From: Squalus acanthias
Taxonomy: Eukaryota
Length of the DNA: 64,000 bases
Assembly: GCA_030390025.1 (NCBI GenBank)
Contig: CM059432.1
Coordinates: 87,422,001 to 87,486,000, forward strand
Direction: 5' to 3'
Positions 48,036 to 60,096 of this stretch are shown in pieces. Made by a program: the position numbers and the translations under genes. Within the stretch, counting starts at the first letter, position 1, and each line of letters begins with the position of its first letter. A model generated the notes under the pieces. The model was not told where the DNA came from and made no database searches. It was given only the letters and a program-made list of their open reading frames with translations.

Positions 48036-48931
48036 GGGGTAGAAATTAGGTCGCGCCCCATTTGGGGCGCAAATATCGTCTGGACGCAAATATTAGCGCC
48101 TGGCGCTAATTATCGGCACTGACTGGAAACTTCACTTTTACCGCCCCGGGAGGTGAGTGGAGCGCTAAAGCAGGCGCTGCACACCTGTCTTAAGGCGCAA
48201 AGGCCGAGGAGTGAGGCGCTAACTCAGAGCGCTGGCGAAGCTCATGTAATGTCAGTCAGCAATGGAACACACACACAATGGCACGGGCCAGTTCTTAAAG
48301 GGGATGGTTAATCTTGCTTTCCATCCACATCCTGTTCATTGCAGCCTTGAATCTCGGCCTGGAGAGACTTGCACATCAAATGTGCTGGAAAGAACAATGG
48401 AGAGTACCGGGCAAAGAGCTCAGAGTGCAGCTCCCACAGTCTCTGCTAAATCGATACAAGGAATGGCAAATCAAAATGAACCTGCAAAGTGCTGCTCAGT
48501 ACCCAAAACTCCTTCACACAACGTTGAATCTCTCCAGAAGTCTCTCCCTCTCTCTCTCAGAACGCGTAGTTCAAAAATGCCACCAACAATAAAAGACAGG
48601 AAGAGGCCCCCTTTAAATAGCGCCCCCCCCCCCAGCCCCACAGCGATTGATAGCGTTCCAGTCTTCTGGTCGTTGGATGTGCCAGGCGGTAAGGCAGGGG
48701 GCGCCACTCAATTTCTGCTCCGGGGCGCCACAAGGGCGTTGCACCATGGAATGACGTCACAATCTGCGCGCGCAGGTGGTCGCAGCGGTAAGTTTTAGCG
48801 TCGCCGCACAATCTCAAGTTAAGTTCTCGAGCGGCGCAAACATCGCTGCGCCCGGGCGTTAGCGGCTTTGCGCCCCATTAGCGCCCTCTTAAGGCACTAA
48901 CGGGAGGCGCAACCAACTGAATTTTTACCCC
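48036..48931 (+). mobile_element. Non-autonomous Harbinger element (family M2)
   Basis: GGGGTAGAAATT / AATTTTTACCCC; GTG TSD; ends nearly identical to 43610-43800 and about 47430-47773. Confidence 0.95.
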
Positions 48932-50054
48932 GTGGTGTTCCAACAATTCCAGCTGTGTTAATACTGAACAGCTATGGCAGTGGAAACAGGTTTACTAATT
49001 CCTAATATTTAACAGTATTTTGGACTTCCTATTGTTATGCATCTCATAGTACATTGATTATATGCAATCTCTGCTGTGACTACTCTTGGATGTTGAAGGA
49101 ATTGCACCTGTCTAACCAGCATTGTTTCATAGTATTGCTTTTCCTCACATAATATCAGTCACTGCACTTGAGATGTAATTCATTGTGTGAAGGTCTTGGA
49201 GACAATTTGATGTAGTAAGATACTATATAAATGCAAGTATTATTATTACAACAGCAGGTTCCCTTAATAAAATGTGCTCGTTGCTTTAGTTTTTTCGTAG
49301 TTATGTTTTATTAACTTGAACACTGTCACAACACATTTCCACACATATATTAAATAAAATTCAAAGTGCTCCAGAAATAGCTATGTAAAGAAAAGGACCT
49401 AGTAACTCAACCACAATGTTTCCAGATCAACACATATGTTTCATCCCAGCAGTGTGCAACATTTCCCTATAGTAATGAATTGTATTTGCAAGAAAAATCT
49501 TTGTTGGTAGCACACAAATCTAATTCAGTCAAAGTTTCTGCTTTGCCTTTGGCTTCGTCTGCAGTTGTGCTCCCACCTGAAAGATTCATATCGCCGAAGT
49601 ACTTGAACAAATGCCTGACACAAAAATAGGCCAACCATTCCGTGCCCAAAGCCTTCGTCTACAGTTGCCAACAGAATCACATCTAACGGAATAGATTTAA
49701 CTATTTTATAGTAAAAATGAGCCTTTTGAGAAGCAATATTCTCAGGATTCTATATGGGGGTCGTGCTGGTTCACAGTACTCGTAATATACTAGACTAACC
49801 CTCAACTTTAGACCATGAACTCAGCGGAATGTTTGCCAAAGTGTCTGATTGCTAACAAATCAGAAGCATAACAATAGTATTTGATGTTGCAGCTTGAGAG
49901 ATGCCGACCCTGAAATGGAGGTGCATTCTGAAATGGACTCCCGCATTCCGATATCCAAGGATGCTGACCCCGTCAAAAACCTCGGGGTCAGCTACTTTAC
50001 ACAATGCTGTGTGGGACAAGAACACAAGTCCCCCCAGCAGCAGGCTCGGGGCCC

Positions 50055-50667
50055 CGGTCGCCTGTTACTTTAATTCTCCGCTCACTCCCACTCAAACCTC
50101 ACTGTCCTCGGCCTCTTGCATTGTTCCACTGAAGCTCAGCGTAAGCTCGAGGAACAGCACCTCATCTTTCGATTAGGCACTTTACAGCCTTCTGGACTCA
50201 ATATAGAGTTCAACAATTTCAGATCATAACCTCGGCCCCTCTCATATATATATTTTTTATCCACACTTTTTGTCTGTGTCTTTTTTCTTCTCTCCCACAT
50301 GGCAGCTGTCTTTCATTCTGCCAGCGCAATTTACACTTCATCTAGCGCCATCCTTTGTTTCTTAACCTGTCCCATTACCATCTCCTTTTGCCTTGAATAT
50401 CTCTTAATGTCTCTTAACCTCTCCTGCCTTCTATCCTATCACAGACCTTCCCTTTTGTTCTTTCATCCCCTCCCCCCTTTCCCAGCCCCTACACTTGCTT
50501 AAAAATCTGTTCCATTTCCTGCTTTTTTCCAGTTCTGACGAAAGGTCATTGACCTGAAACGTTGACTCTGTTTCTCTCTTCATGGATGCTGCCTGACCTG
50601 CTGAGTATCTCCAGCATTTTCTGTTTATATTTCAGATTGCCAGCATCTGCAGTATTTTCTTTTTTGT
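50055..50667 (+). mobile_element. Penelope-like 3' fragment plus pLTR
   Basis: Inverted copy of 15012-15620. Confidence 0.88.
50531..50567 (+). ncRNA. Minimal type I hammerhead ribozyme motif
   Basis: AGTT-CTGACGA-A-AGGTC-ATT-GACCT-GAAA-CGTT-GACT. Confidence 0.72.
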
Positions 50668-51228
50668 AAACAGTAACTATAGCCAGGCAGAATTTACATA
50701 CTGTCTGTTCAATTCAAAAAAACTGTCAATCAAGAATATATCTGAACAATAGTACAAAAGCAGAAAACTGCCCTTGCTCCCAGGCTCACCAATAACTGTC
50801 TCCTTAGGAGAAAACAGATGGCAGCTGCATGTGAGATTGCAGAAGCCATCTGTCAATTCTCCCGATCAGATGAGGCTTCACAGAAACATCAAATCTTGTC
50901 ACCTGCAGATACATATAAACAGAATAAAAATATTTCTCACTACATTCTCTCACCTGTCATACTTACCTGTGCACCATTGCACCCATCACACTACCTCTGC
51001 AGCTGTCATTTGCACACTTACACTGCAGCAGACCCGCAGCAGTTAATTGGCTCTAATCCCCTTCCTGCCGCTCGGAGACGGGTCCCTGCGCGAGTTGGGG
51101 ACCCGCCTCCTGGGAAGATGGTTCAGAGGCGGGTTGGGAGCGGGGTTGGGACCCGCTCCCAATTTTTCCCATTTTCCCAGCAGTCCTGCCTCCAAACCCG
51201 CCTCCTCAGGGCTGGTAAAATCCAGCCC

Positions 51229-51620
51229 AATGTTTCAGGTCTGTGACCCTTCGTCAGAACTAGAAAAAGTTAGAGATGTAACAGATTTTAAGCAGGTGCA
51301 CAGGCAGAGAAAGGGGGGAGGGGAGGAAAGAAGAAAAAGGAAGGTCTGTGATAGGGTGGAAGGCAGGAGTGGTTAAATGTTGCAAATGGGGATGGCAGAA
51401 TCATCAACAGCTGCCACCTGAAAAAATAGGGGCAGAGGTTAGAGTCTGAAATTGTTGAACTCAATGTTGCGTCCAGAAGGCTGTGAAGTGCCTAATAGAA
51501 AGATGAGGTGCTGTTTCTCGAGCTTATGTTGAGCTTCATTGGAACAATGTAAAAGGCCGAGGACAGAGAGGTCAGAGTGGAAGTGGAGCGGAGAATTAAA
51601 GTGACAGGCGACCGGAAGCT
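51229..51620 (-). mobile_element. Penelope-like fragment; hammerhead motif truncated by a Harbinger-type end (AAAATCCAGCCC at 51217-51228)
   Basis: ELPVACHFNSP...KLEKQHLIF; CTGACGAAGGGTCACAGACCTGAAAC on the minus strand. Confidence 0.8.
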
Positions 51621-54600
51621 CTTCTTTTCTTTTCCCAGAGAGCAGTGAGCCTCTTGAATACATTGCCAGCTTGTGTGCTGTGTGCTGACTCTCTGCAAGC
51701 CTTCAAGAGGGAGCTGGACCAGTTCTTGGCTGTGGCAGAGTTCGCTTCATATAAAGGGTAAATGGATTAACAGTTAACATATGTATGGTCAATGTGATCT
51801 CCTGGACTGAGGATTGGAGAGGATTTATCCAGATTTTTCCCCCTCCTTATCGGCCCCGGGTTTTTTTCTGTACGGGGTGGGGTGGGCATAGGAAGTGTCT
51901 AGTCATGATGCTCCAGGCATCATGAGTGTGGGGCAAGCTTGAACGACCAGCTGGTCTTTTCCTGCCCATTATTTTCATATGTTTGTATGAAGTGCTTTTC
52001 AGACCACTTTCCGTTAAAAGAGCAGAACGCACGGGACAATATTGCAATAGTTGGTACACGAAGGTTTTATGTTACGAACCCTAAGCAATGCTATCGTTTA
52101 ACTACATATTATGCAGTAACAAGTGCACTCTATATCATAGGGAACACAAGGTCTACTTACGGGAATGACCAATGACAATGAATACAAGAGAATATCTAAT
52201 ATAAATCCCCCAAATTGTTACAGCGCATCACAAAAGGAAGCAGACACTGATGAGGAGTAAGAAGTAGAATTAAGCGAGGTAATCAAAGGCTTGATCAAAG
52301 AGACTTTTGAAGGCGGCGAGTGATGTGGCAAGGTGAAGGGCTTCAGGAAGAGAATTCCAAAGTGTGAACCCATAATGGTCGAACGCTCAACCACCAATGG
52401 ACATTAAGTAATAGCCGGAAGAATGAAGGGTGTAAACTGGGTTGTAGTATTGGAGAAGGTTACAGAGACTGGGGAAGCAAGGTCAAGAAGGGATTTGTAA
52501 ATGAGGCAAGGATATTGAAGTCAATGCACTGGTGGATGTGGAGCAGTTAGGATGATCGAGTGTTCGTTCTGCTTCATTTTCCATGAGCTTAGTGTTGCCA
52601 CGTAGCTCTCAGCAATTTCACGTCTTGCGGCAGCGGTCAGTCTACCTGGCTGTGCCTGAACTGCCTTTGGATTAGCAGTTGCATGGTTTGTGCCCTCCAT
52701 GTTATATTTATAATATTGAACGTTCCTGAAATCACCCCACTGTAACACGCTAGGTTGTACAGTCGTTGGCTCACAAGAGGCCAGACTGTCACCTGGTTCA
52801 GTGAATCATCGCCAGTGTAGGACATAGTCTTCCCATCCACTTATTATATTTCTGGCACTTGTGAGCCTGCATAATACTTGGCTTGCTCAGTCATTTGACT
52901 TAAGTTTCTAGTTTCTTGGTTAAGCAATTATATTCTTAAATCATCTATAAAAGCTTCCAGAAAAATGATTCCTTAACATCTCAATCAAACGATGTTACAT
53001 TCTTTCCCTCTAATCACAATTTCCATATATCCTTCATTTCTATGGATAAAGTTTTAAATCCCATTTACATACTTCTGGCATGAGGTTAGAAGCAGAATTG
53101 CTTGTTTTGCTACATCATTCTGTACACTTTAGTTTAGATTTATTTGAGAAAATGCAGTAAGTACCCTATCGCTGAGTGGCATTACCAACATGTCTGCTCC
53201 TACTTCTCTCCTTCACTTTATTAAAAATTGAAACTTCCTTAAAAATCTGTTAATGCTGTTCCTTTCCTTAAAATTTGGAATGAGGTCATATTTAATAAGG
53301 CTGTTTTGTACTGAATTATGGGCTGAATCAACTGGATGCTCACTCACCAATCTTGTATTCATTACCCCTCGCTCTGCTAATTTGAGTGCTCACCTTTTCC
53401 ACTGCTTCATGTCTGTGCTGCTCATCCATGTGCTGATATTTATGCTTATTTTCTTCAGCTTTTCCTTGTACCTGTACTGCTCCTTTTCCTCCTGCATTAC
53501 TACTCTAGACATTCAGCTTCACATCATTGCTGGTTTTCCTCCACTACCAGTTGAGCTAATGTTATCAATTTCTACTTCTTTCTGTGTTCTTGTGTTCATT
53601 GTATTTGCTGTTTGCTTCTGAAAATTTGATTTAAACATTAATCTCTTCTGCTCTGAAAATCTGTGGGGTGGCGGGGGGTGGGGGGGCGGGGGGGTGGGTG
53701 TCGGGTCTTGGCGTAAGTGCCTAGATGTGCCCACCACTGCTGACCCTGCCAAAGTTCACTCATTTAGTCGGAGGTCCCTTCATTTGCCTGGCATTATGGG
53801 TACCTGCACCAGTAGGGGCGTATTTAAGGTGCCCACGATTGTATTCATGTCAGTGAATCCAGTGATGCATTTTGCTTCTAAACATCAATTCATCTTCAGG
53901 GGTACAGGCCTCAATCCTGGCCCCAGATTCTTAGGCACTAGTTTAGGACCCACTGTATCTGGGCCTCATTTATGGCCGTTCCACTGAAGTACACCCACAG
54001 AAATATTGGTGGGAGTATACTGGAAGAGTTGCAGATTTTCAGCCCCCTTGTTTGGTCTCTGCATGAGATTTATTTCACTTTAATAGCTGCCACCAATTGT
54101 TACAATTTGGGGTTTTCCCCAACAATTTTCTTGTGCTTCTGGAGAAACTACACTTTCAATAAGCAAATTGAACCTCTTATGATCCACAACTTATGCTTTT
54201 CTTCTCTGCCAAATAAGGGTTAGTGTAGCCCAGGTATAACAATGAACAAATTACTGTATATCGCTTACTGGAGAATACACGGGACACCAACTGTTGGGCT
54301 GCTTTCTTGTTCTTTTTCGTCTTGTTACTTTAAACGCCAGATTACACACACTTAGTTGTAGCAATGCAGGATCAGTCTTTATTGAAACCCCATACTATCC
54401 ACAACCAGTATAGGCTCTGTGAGACATCACACTTTATGGGCTGGATTTTGCCAGGCCCGAGGAGGCGGGTTTGGAGGCGTGTCAGGTGGGAAAGTTGCTA
54501 AAAATGGCGGTGGGCTCCGATCCCGCCTCCAGCCCGCCTCTTAGCAACTTTCCCAAAAGTGGGCTTTCAGACCCCATTTTGGGATAGGCCCTTAAGACCC

Positions 54601-54945
54601 TTAACAACCACTTAAGTGCCTCTATAATGCCATTTTGAGAGTCCTTTCTGAGTTTAACACTTTTCCCCCGTGCTGCACGTCTCCTCTGGAACACGCCAGT
54701 TAATCCTGGCGGGCTCACAAGTGGATTGCTTACTAACAGCTGCAGCTCCACCATAAAAAAGGAGTTTTCAACAATGATCATTTGCAGGTGGCAGAACTTT
54801 GATTTCTCAGGTCTGGGAGAACTTTTAGCAGGCTTACTCATTGTGGAAGTTTTGAAGCTGAGATCCATCTCCAGTGGGATCTCCTGGGAAACCCCTCTCC
54901 CCACCTTGACTGAGCGCTTCCTCAACTGAGGTATATACCTGCAGC

Positions 54946-56191
54946 ATGGGAACCATTTATTTTCTTTCCTCCTGGACCTCAGATTCGGACGAAGACCAGC
55001 CGCAGCAGCAGCAGAACCCGGAACAACAGCAGCACCAACAGCAGGAGCAACAACAGGTGCGCCAACCTGCTGCTCACCCACCTGAAGCTGCACAGGCCAG
55101 AAGGCGCCAGCGCAGGGAAGCACGTCGCTGCAGGAGATACCCCCAAAACAGGGTTTACAGACAGAGGATGAGCTACCTCAACATGACTGAGCAGCAGTGC
55201 CAAAGGAGGCTCAGACTTTCGCGAGAGGTAGTGGGTGACATCTGTGCAGTGCTGCAGCAAGACCTGGAGCCCAGAGGAGCGGGTGGACACCCCTTACCAG
55301 TGGCCGTCAAAGTCACCACCGCACTCAACTTTTTTGCTTCAGGCTCATTCCAGGGATCAACAGCAGACATCAGCGGCATCTCCCAGGCGGCCGCACACAC
55401 CTGCATCACGCAGGTAACCGATGCCCTCTTTGCCAACGCGCACAATTACATCAACTTCTCTAAGGATCGAGCAAGTGTAACCGCGCGTGCGGTTGGATTT
55501 GCTAATCTGGCAGGCTTTCCAAGGGTGCAGGGCGTCGTTGACTGCACACATGTGGCCCTTAAGGCACCCCATCACAATCCAGGTATTTTTGTCAATCGCA
55601 AGGGCTTCTACTCCCTCAACGTGCAGCTTGTGTGTAACCACAATAAGGAAATTTTGCATGTTTGCGCCAAGTACCCTGGCAGTTGCCATGACTCCTTCAT
55701 CCTGCGGCAGTTTAGTGTTCCTCTGCTCTTCGGTCTGCCAGACCAACTTTGCGGATGGCTACTTGGAGACAAGGGCTATCCCCTGAAGACGTGGCTAATG
55801 ACGCCGTTGAGGAGCCCATCCAATGAAGCTGAGGAGCGCTACAACTCCAGCCACATTTCCACCAGATCCATAATCGAGCAAACTGAAGATGCTGAAGATG
55901 CGATTCAGATGCCTTGATAGATCAGGTGGAGCCCTGCAGTACTCAGCAGCCAGGGTCTCCAGAATCGTCGTGGTCTGCTGTGCACTTCACAACATGGCAC
56001 AGCATCGTGGCTTGCAGCTGCCTGAGGTAGAAGTGGCTCATCGCATAGCCTCCTCAGATGAGGATGAGGAGGAGGAGGAGGAGAGCGACAATGAACAGCT
56101 TGCGGAGGCGCATCAACCAGCGGCAGCAGCACGTGAGCACATTGCTGCCCGGGATGCAAGGGATGCACTCATCTTGGCCAGATTTGCTTAG
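54946..56191 (+). pseudogene. Harbinger transposase with a single frameshift near 55883
   Basis: GVVDCTH, LLGDKGY, RSIIEQT, then a shift to MLKMRFRCL...CCALHN; CTGAAGATG is duplicated at the break. Confidence 0.9.
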
Positions 56192-56449
56192 CCTGCTCAA
56201 TCAAACACATTTGCCCTGCACCTTCTTACCACACCATCGACAATGGGCAAGAACCTGCGGCTTCCTATCACTCTGACCACTATACTGACAATTGGAAGTC
56301 ACCCTAAGCCCTCAATTTGGGAGTCCCATTTGCGAAATGACACAGCCCACAACTTCAACAGTTTGCCATCAAGTTATTTTATCACATAAATTCACGGATG
56401 GCTTTTCAAAAATAAACACAACAGAACACCCAAGTGACTACCCTTGCGA

Positions 56450-58457
56450 CTACTTGTGCTTTATCTTCCTCTTACGCGTGCTCCTACGTGGTGCTTCCCC
56501 TGTGGCTTCAGCAGATGTGGAGACCCCTTGCTCACTTTCTTGCTGCTCCTGCCTCGACACCTTTGGTGGGCGTCCTCTGGGGTTGTGAGCCTGTGAGGGC
56601 TCGGCAACAGTCTGCTGCTCCTGCGGCTGTGCAGGGGCTGAGACGCCGATCTCAGTTGGGTGAGGACTCTGGTGGGGCTCTGACCGAGGGCTCTGCAGTG
56701 GCATGGTCGTGTGAGCGCTTGGAGAGGAGTCCCCACTTCCTTGTTCTCTGCCACCAACATCCCTCTCATGGGTCAGCCCCACTTCAAAGCTAGCAAGTGG
56801 CTTGACAGCACCTTGCTGCACTTCACAGGGGCCATGAGGACCCGTTTCTGCACTGTAATTCCTACTCCAGAGGACTTCCATGAAGGTCTGGTTTCTCTGC
56901 TCAATAGCTGACCATTGCTCCTCAAGAGATGTAAGTCTATTCTGAACAATGACCATGTTTTCAAGACTCTGGCGACTAAGCTCCTCCATGGCCGTAGCCA
57001 TCCTCTCCTCTACTGTAGCCATCCTCTCCTCTACGGTAGCCAGCCTTACCACGGAGATAGCCATCCTTTCCACGGAGGTTGCCATCCTTTCCGTGGTGAT
57101 GCGTTCATGCGCCACTGCCTCCACAAAGGCTCTGCTCATGTTAGCGATGGACTCCTCCATTCGCTCCACACTCGCAGCGACCCTGGAGACAAAACCTGCC
57201 AGAGACTCCTGCACCTGTTCCTGGAGTTCCAGCACCGCTCTCCTTCTGGATGGACCTGGAGGCACAGGGTCGACATGCAGCTGAGCCGAGCTGGGAGAGT
57301 CCTGCGCCCTCCGACGAGGACTCTCCACTGCTGTCCCTGTCTCCACCATCTGCTGATGCTCACTTGTGAGCTGTGATACACCAGGTGACAACACTACTGT
57401 ATGTCCCGAAGGTCCCACCGAGGTGTGAGTGTCTGCGCTGGTGCTGGGTGCGCTTAATTCTGCTGACGCTGCGCCCTCAGAGGTTGCAGCTTCCTCTGAG
57501 GAGTCTGGTGGCTCAGGCTGTTCCTCCTGAACAGTGGGGAGGGGGGCTGTCGATGGTCCTGTGCGGGAGTAAAGGAAAGAGTTAGGCATGTGAGATAAAC
57601 GTTGCATACACATTGAATTATGCAGATTATCATAAGTCAATCTGTTACAGCATTAGAATCAAGATCAGTCACTCATGCAATGTCAATGAGAGAGATAAAA
57701 AACTATTCTGTCACCAGCTTGCTCTGATGCACCCATCTGTCCGTCCCCCACTTGCACATCCTCCTCCACTCCCATGATCTCCAGGGCTGCCTCCTCTGCA
57801 CTGGTGAGCTGGCCTATTGAGGGTGGCCGTCCTCCTGTCCTCGCCCTTTCCCTCTTATTGTGGGTTCTCTTTTCCTGCAATGAGGGTCACAAGTGGAGTT
57901 TGAGTGAGAATGAAGGAGTGAGTGTAGACAATCCATAGCATAGATGCTTAGAAGGACACAAAGATGGAGTGAGGTCCCAAGACCAAGGGCCCTCCCTGTG
58001 TGTTGTAAGTTGTTGTCATAGCATCACAGTGATAGGAAGTGTGAGGGCTGCATAGTCGAATAGTTAAGTGAATGTGAACATACAGAGAGAGGGAATGGTT
58101 AAGGGTGCAGGGATGTAAGGGTCAAGTGGGATGTGGAGGAGGACGTTGACAAAGCAGAGTGCTGGTGAGGAGAGGCGATGGGGATCAGATTGAGGGTGAT
58201 GGGAACGGAATACTCACTTTTCCTGTGCGGAGAAGGTCATGAAATCTCTTTCCGCACTGCAGCCAGGTTCTGCTGCACATTGAAATGGCACTGACCTCCT
58301 GTGCCACTTGCAGCCACACAGCTTTGGTCTGTTGGGGAGGTTTTATCCTCCCAGAAGAAGGAAACAGCACTTGCTTATTAGCTCTTGCTCCCTCCACCAG
58401 AGCTTGGAGGGAGTCCTCATCAAAGCGGGGTGCGCACTTGGGTCTTGAGCTTGCCAT
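56450..58457 (-). CDS. Harbinger Myb/SANT-like protein; exons 58457-58218, 57874-57715, 57558-56450 (502 aa)
   Basis: GT-AG introns in phase 0 and 1 give a stop-free frame; APRFDEDSLQALV...RTWLQCGKRFHDL, RTGG, heptad repeats, RRSTRKRK tail. Confidence 0.85.
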
Positions 58458-59447
58458 GGTTGCACCAAAATCCTTCAGAATTCTCAGTAACAAAGTAGTT
58501 AGGCAGAAAATGAACCAAGGCTGCTTGTAGGCCTTAAATGCAGCTGCATAGATGACGTCATCAGCGGCGAGTTTCAGAACCAAAAGACTCATTGGGCCAG
58601 GGGTTCCCACACACTGGCAATCAAGTGCCCAATTAGGACAAAATCACTCAATTGTCCCGCCTCACATCGGAGGCGGGGCGGGGTGGGACCCGCCGACCAC
58701 CTGACCCGCCCCCAGCCCGCCCCCAATGACAAAATCCAGCCCAGTGCACAGGTCTTTTCATACTACACTATTCCAGTATGAAAACGAGCTGCTGAACAGT
58801 GGTTCAGTCACATCTCTTACAACAAATGTCATCTTTGATCACTACATTCCATGCATATCACCAATAAATCATAGTGCATCAAAGATACATACAAATGCCA
58901 ACAGAATAACAACATAAACCCAACAAACATGCACTTCCATAAACAGAAGTGACCTAATTTCTATCATAAATTCTTCCCATTCCTAGTGACAAGTGACTAA
59001 GCTGACATATTCCAGACCATTACAGATATGGCTGAATGACTCTTACACACTCTACTATTTCACTTCCTGTGAAGATATCCTTGCTTTAAAATACTCTTAC
59101 ACAATTTACAACCCACGCTCAGCAGAAAGCCATTTTAACTTTTAAGTCATCGTGTGCTGGTCTCACAGACGGCCCAGAAAGAAAAAAATAAGAGCTCATG
59201 GTATTGGGGGTAATATATTAGCATGGATAGAGGATTGGCTAACTAACAGAAAACAGAGAGTTGGGATAAATGGGTCATTTTCAGGTTGGCAAACTGTAAC
59301 TAGTGGGGTGCCACAGGGATCAGTGCTGGGGCCTCAACTATTTACAATCTATATTAATGACTTGGATGAAGGGTCCAAGTGTACTGTAGCCAAATTTGCT
59401 GATGATACAAAGATAGACGGGAAAGCAAGTTGTGAGGAGGACACAAA

Positions 59448-60096
59448 GGGGGAAAAATTGGGTTGCTTTGCGCCTGGGTGCGGCGCCGCAAACGCCTCCC
59501 GCGCTATTCAGTGGGAGGTTACCGCCGGTGGTAGCTTGTAGCACCCCATGGTGCTGCGCACGGTGATGACGTCATCGCCGTGTGCAGCGCCCCGGCCGCA
59601 AACTTCAGTTGCGCCCCCTGACCTATTGCTGGACGATATGTCCGACAGGGTCAGGGGGTGTTTTTGCGGCCGTGGCCGCGCAAATTAAAGGGCAGGTGCC
59701 AGGTGGCCATTTTTTTTGGGCCGCCTGCCAGCACCTGCCCCCTTTTGTCTCCTCAAGTGGGGTGCCGGCCACGATCGGTCAGCCCGGCACTCCTCTTGAG
59801 TGCCGGGCTATTTTCCTGGCACCCCGTTCCCCAGTGGTCCAGCAGGGCCCCGGTGCGGCCCCTCCCCTTTAATCAGGGGAGGGAGGCCTGTAGTACCGCG
59901 GCGCAACGTGCCGGCGCGCATGGCTCTGTTGCACGTAGCGCTGCGATATTGAATGGTAGCGCCCCAGGAAGGAGGGGGAGCGCTTCCAGTAGCGCCCCGC
60001 CTCCTGCTTGGGGTGCTACCCCTCAATTTACGGCGCGGGGCGCTAACTTGTTCGGGGCACTACGCCCCAAAGGGGGCGCGACCAAATTTTCCCCCC
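59448..60096. mobile_element. Non-autonomous Harbinger-type element (M4-related)
   Basis: GGGGGAAAAATT / AATTTTCCCCCC; splits CR1 EEDT|SLQ; imperfect TSD. Confidence 0.85.

Larger units (their letters stand above)
49307..54327 (-). pseudogene. Decayed multi-exon host gene of unknown identity (candidate exons 54327-54269, 53617-53394, 52866 to about 52600, 50902-50790, 49614-49467)
   Basis: AG/GT boundaries with compatible phases, protein-like translation interrupted by stops, AATAAA at 49312-49307. Confidence 0.45.
54438..58742 (+). mobile_element. Near-complete Harbinger transposon (third family)
   Basis: TIRs GGGCTGGATTTTG / CAAAATCCAGCCC; convergent transposase and Myb genes; no clear TSD. 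Confidence 0.92.
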
